Shown here: positions 61,740 through 64,000 of the stretch, piece after piece
Layout: every line of letters starts with the position of its first letter
How positions within the stretch are numbered: position 1 is the stretch's first letter
Sequence record: OR437326.1
Length of the DNA stretch: 64,000 nt
From: Escherichia phage iGC_PHA_EC001
Reading direction: 5' to 3' (one strand)
Notes under the pieces: generated by a model
Databases searched by the model: none
What the model was told of the DNA's origin: nothing
The model's input: the letters and a program-made list of their open reading frames with translations, nothing else
Program-made: the position numbers and the translations under genes

Positions 61740-61999
61740 GCCATCCGTCAATATTTTTCTGTTTTGTAGATCTTGAAAACGAGTCTTTAATCGTTGATAG
61801 TGAGGGTTACTTCACTTATTGGGAATCCGAGCACGAAACTATAAGTGTAGTGAAAGAAATTATGCAAACCAATCCAAACCTACCAGCGCATAAGTACGGT
61901 ATTGCAAAAGTGTTTGTTACTAAAACAGAGTACACAAAAGAGCGAAGCACTTTGTACCATAATATTGAAGTGATTCACTATTTCAAAGATGTTATTTAG
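61736..61999 (+). CDS. hypothetical protein (87 aa)
   Basis: ORF-track ORF. Confidence 0.5.
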   Translation: MSHPSIFFCFVDLENESLIVDSEGYFTYWESEHETISVVKEIMQTNPNLPAHKYGIAKVFVTKTEYTKERSTLYHNIEVIHYFKDVI

Positions 62000-62007
62000 G
62001 AGGTTAT

Positions 62008-62616
62008 ATGGAAGAGAAGATTTGGGATGGTAAAGATCCTTTAGAAGTTGGACACGTAGCGCGTGTCAAAAAATCTACTACAGGTCCTGGTTTTTCTGGT
62101 TTGTATCATATACCAGAAGAAGGTCAGCACGTTACAATTTTGGCTCGTGACAAACAAAACGGAGCAACGCCTGTGTGGATTGTTCGTTGGTATGACAAAG
62201 ATCTTAACATTTGCTTGTCACCTATTATGGCTCATTTGCTGGAAGCCCCTTGCTCTGAAGAAGCTCTAATTTTTGTTTCGGCTTTTCAGAAAGCCACAGG
62301 TTTAACATTAGATGCAAAAGATGTGCAAAAAGCATTTGACATTATTCAGGAAGACAACGATACTACATCTAACGACGAACTGGTTGAAGTTACAATCTTA
62401 TCTTCAGCAGATATCCGAGAGATTGATAATTGTGATTTTCCAATCACATTTAAAATGTCGCAGAAAGACATACAGTCATCTGGAAGTTGTTTTGGTATAC
62501 CTCGTTGGTTTTTTGATTCTATCAAAAATTCTACTACAGAGGGATCAGACTATGATCAAGATGACATGCTTTGGTTCTTAAAAAACCGAGAGATTGTTCT
62601 CTCACCACTTAAATAA
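62008..62616 (+). CDS. hypothetical protein (202 aa)
   Basis: RBS ttaggaggtt. Confidence 0.55.
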   Translation: MEEKIWDGKDPLEVGHVARVKKSTTGPGFSGLYHIPEEGQHVTILARDKQNGATPVWIVRWYDKDLNICLSPIMAHLLEAPCSEEALIFVSAFQKATGLTLDAKDVQKAFDIIQEDNDTTSNDELVEVTILSSADIREIDNCDFPITFKMSQKDIQSSGSCFGIPRWFFDSIKNSTTEGSDYDQDDMLWFLKNREIVLSPLK

Positions 62617-62625
62617 GGAGAAATA

Positions 62626-62727
62626 ATGGTTTCATTTATCGTAGGTGTAGTTGTAGGCTATCTTATTAACAAATATCAAGACGTTATCACGGCAAAAGTA
62701 AAAGACATTTTAGACTCATCTAAATAA
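62626..62727 (+). CDS. small membrane peptide (33 aa)
   Basis: Own translation MVSFIVGVVVGYLINKYQDVITAKVKDILDSSK; RBS aaggagaa. Confidence 0.4.
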   Translation: MVSFIVGVVVGYLINKYQDVITAKVKDILDSSK

Positions 62728-62739
62728 TCTATCAAAGCT

Positions 62740-62765
62740 GCATCTTCAATAGGTGCAGCCTTTTA
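62740..62765 (+). terminator. possible terminator hairpin
   Basis: gctgca-tcttcaatagg-tgcagc then ctttt. Confidence 0.35.
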
Positions 62766-62779
62766 AAAGGAGATATGGC

Positions 62780-62953
62780 ATGACTAAACGCACTGATTTT
62801 AAATGTATGCATTGTGGGAAATCTTTTGGGGATCATCAAGCTCGCACATTCAACTGTCCACGTAAAGGTCGCGGAAATTTTAAAGGTTTTAATCCCGCAC
62901 ATGTTTATTCTCCAGATTACGATAAGCCAGAAGAAGAAAAATTTGTTATTTAA
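62780..62953 (+). CDS. small zinc-ribbon-like protein (57 aa)
   Basis: Trimmed to MTKRTDFKCMHCGK..FNCPRKG; RBS aaaggagat. Confidence 0.45.
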   Translation: MTKRTDFKCMHCGKSFGDHQARTFNCPRKGRGNFKGFNPAHVYSPDYDKPEEEKFVI

Positions 62954-62965
62954 TAAGGAGGTCAT

Positions 62966-63247
62966 ATGGAACTCGTTCAAGAATTGTATAATGCTTTAGG
63001 AGCAAAAGGAAAAGATTGGCCCGAACATGCGCTTATTGCTATAAGAGACTCCGATGGTGAGATTAAGTTTTCAAGTGTAAGTAAAGAGCACATCGTAGAA
63101 ACAAAACTGGGTATTTACATGCGTGGAACTTATTGCTTATTCAACACCAGAATGGTAGAAGCTCCTGTTATTGAAGATGGAACAAAAGATTGCCCCACAA
63201 TCGTAACAAAAGCTGAATATGAGAAGTTTTTCTACGCTAAGGCTTGA
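62966..63247 (+). CDS. hypothetical protein (93 aa)
   Basis: RBS ataaggaggt. Confidence 0.55.
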   Translation: MELVQELYNALGAKGKDWPEHALIAIRDSDGEIKFSSVSKEHIVETKLGIYMRGTYCLFNTRMVEAPVIEDGTKDCPTIVTKAEYEKFFYAKA

Positions 63248-63290
63248 CACAGAAACAATACTATAGGATAGTGATCCTATCGTAGCAATA

Positions 63291-63313
63291 GAACCCGCTT
63301 CGGCGGGTTTTTC
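63291..63313 (+). terminator. terminator-like hairpin flanked by direct repeat gtagcaatag
   Basis: aacccgc-ttcg-gcgggtt followed by tttc; preceded by ttgaca and palindrome taggatagtgatccta. Confidence 0.5.
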
Positions 63314-63337
63314 ATATCTGTAGCAATAGGAGGTCGT

Positions 63338-63568
63338 GTGTTAAATAAAATCGAAGAAGGTTGTATGGCATTTTTGGTAGATAACCCGTTTCTCTTTATG
63401 GTTAAGGTCCATGTAGGAGAGTATTTAGGTTATGACGAATGGGATTGTATTATCAATAGTGAAATGCACCACTACCAACCAACAATACTTAAGACGGATC
63501 AAATGGCGCGTATTACAGTAGAGGATGAATTGATCATTGAGTTATACGAGAGAGCACTACACAAGTAA
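63338..63568 (+). CDS. hypothetical protein (76 aa), GTG start
   Basis: RBS aggagg 4 nt upstream of GTG. Confidence 0.45.
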   Translation: MLNKIEEGCMAFLVDNPFLFMVKVHVGEYLGYDEWDCIINSEMHHYQPTILKTDQMARITVEDELIIELYERALHK

Positions 63569-63610
63569 GCTAGAACCCACCTAAATCGAACAGAGACGCT
63601 CTAAAATAGA

Positions 63611-63640
63611 AAAGGCACCCACTTGGGTGCCTTTGTTTTA
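63611..63640. terminator. bidirectional rho-independent terminator between convergent genes
   Basis: aaaa-ggcaccc-actt-gggtgcc-tttgtttta. Confidence 0.7.
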
Positions 63641-63910
63641 TTCTTCGTTAGATTGCGTTTCAGACGCGTTAAATTCGGTTTCAGTACAACTTGCTAGGTA
63701 ACTTATATTTTGCATCACTACAACTACAGGTGTTTGAAGTTTATCTTCTAGCCCAGCAGCCACTTGAGCCAAAGCATTATCAATATTCGATTTCCTAACA
63801 CCTGTTCCATGTCCTGTTGCCAAGTAAAGATTACCTTCCCCTTTTTGTGTAGCATTGGCAAAGTAGTAAACGTAATGTGCAAGGTAGTAATCACGGATTT
63901 CTTCAGTCAT
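63638..63910 (-). CDS. hypothetical protein (90 aa)
   Basis: ORF-track ORF with RBS aggaga; convergent to rightward block. Confidence 0.5.
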   Translation of the reverse strand: MTEEIRDYYLAHYVYYFANATQKGEGNLYLATGHGTGVRKSNIDNALAQVAAGLEDKLQTPVVVVMQNISYLASCTETEFNASETQSNEE

Positions 63911-63928
63911 TTTATTCTCCTAATAAGA

Positions 63929-63946
63929 AAGGGGCCGAAGCCCCTT
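63929..63946 (-). other. hairpin between two leftward genes
   Basis: aaggggc-cgaa-gcccctt; same cgaa-loop hairpin type as at 849-866. Confidence 0.35.
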
Positions 63947-63953
63947 GAGTGGT

Positions 63954-64000
63954 TTATTTGTTTAAGTGGTCTTCGACCATTTTAATAAAACCTTCATTGC
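63954..64000 (-). CDS. C-terminal end of a leftward gene that starts beyond the right window edge
   Basis: In-frame open sequence ending with TAA at 63954-63956 (..AMKVLLKWSKTT). Confidence 0.3.
   Translation of the reverse strand, partial: NEGFIKMVEDHLNK

Noticed and set aside
1-64000. Assigning the phage to a named genus (T4-like, T5-like or Felix O1-like)
   Set aside because: Features are mixed (T4-type NrdDG and promoter/stem-loop cassettes, but a fused primase-helicase and no T4 core genes visible in this window); cannot be decided without database comparison.

Overview
The window looks like a 64-kb stretch of a virulent, AT-rich double-stranded DNA phage of a Gram-negative (enterobacterial-type) host: it has sigma70-like promoters, Shine-Dalgarno sites, tightly packed co-oriented genes and T4-type anaerobic ribonucleotide reductase genes. 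All calls rest on reading the sequence and translations by eye; no database search was run. Positions 1-29,538 are transcribed leftward (minus strand) and positions 29,653-63,568 rightward. The leftward block encodes a partial M.TaqI-like N6-adenine DNA methyltransferase, a fused zinc-finger/TOPRIM/DnaB-like primase-helicase, four glycosyltransferases, a SleB-like cell-wall hydrolase, a Ter/Tel-like module (TelA-like, SprT-like, vWA protein, TerD, TerC), a macro-domain/phosphoribosyltransferase/HAD trio, NrdG/NrdD, an SF1 helicase and a LAGLIDADG-like protein. The rightward block holds more than 70 mostly small ORFs, including an AAA-type ATPase, a Cys-rich zinc-ribbon repeat protein, a NADAR-domain protein, a serine recombinase, a seven-member paralog family and a tandem triplicated family. 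Eighteen rightward genes are each preceded by the same promoter plus conserved 5-prime stem-loop cassette, and one more copy on the minus strand drives the TerC gene. Two long noncoding regions flank the cassette array and share a 20-bp Fur-box-like palindromic motif in four copies. The most striking content is the phage-borne Ter/Tel-like stress-response module coupled to nucleotide and ADP-ribose enzymes. No tRNA, rRNA or CRISPR array was found. Coordinates of small ORFs that are not in the supplied ORF track, and of regulatory elements, were indexed by hand and may be off by 1-2 nt.
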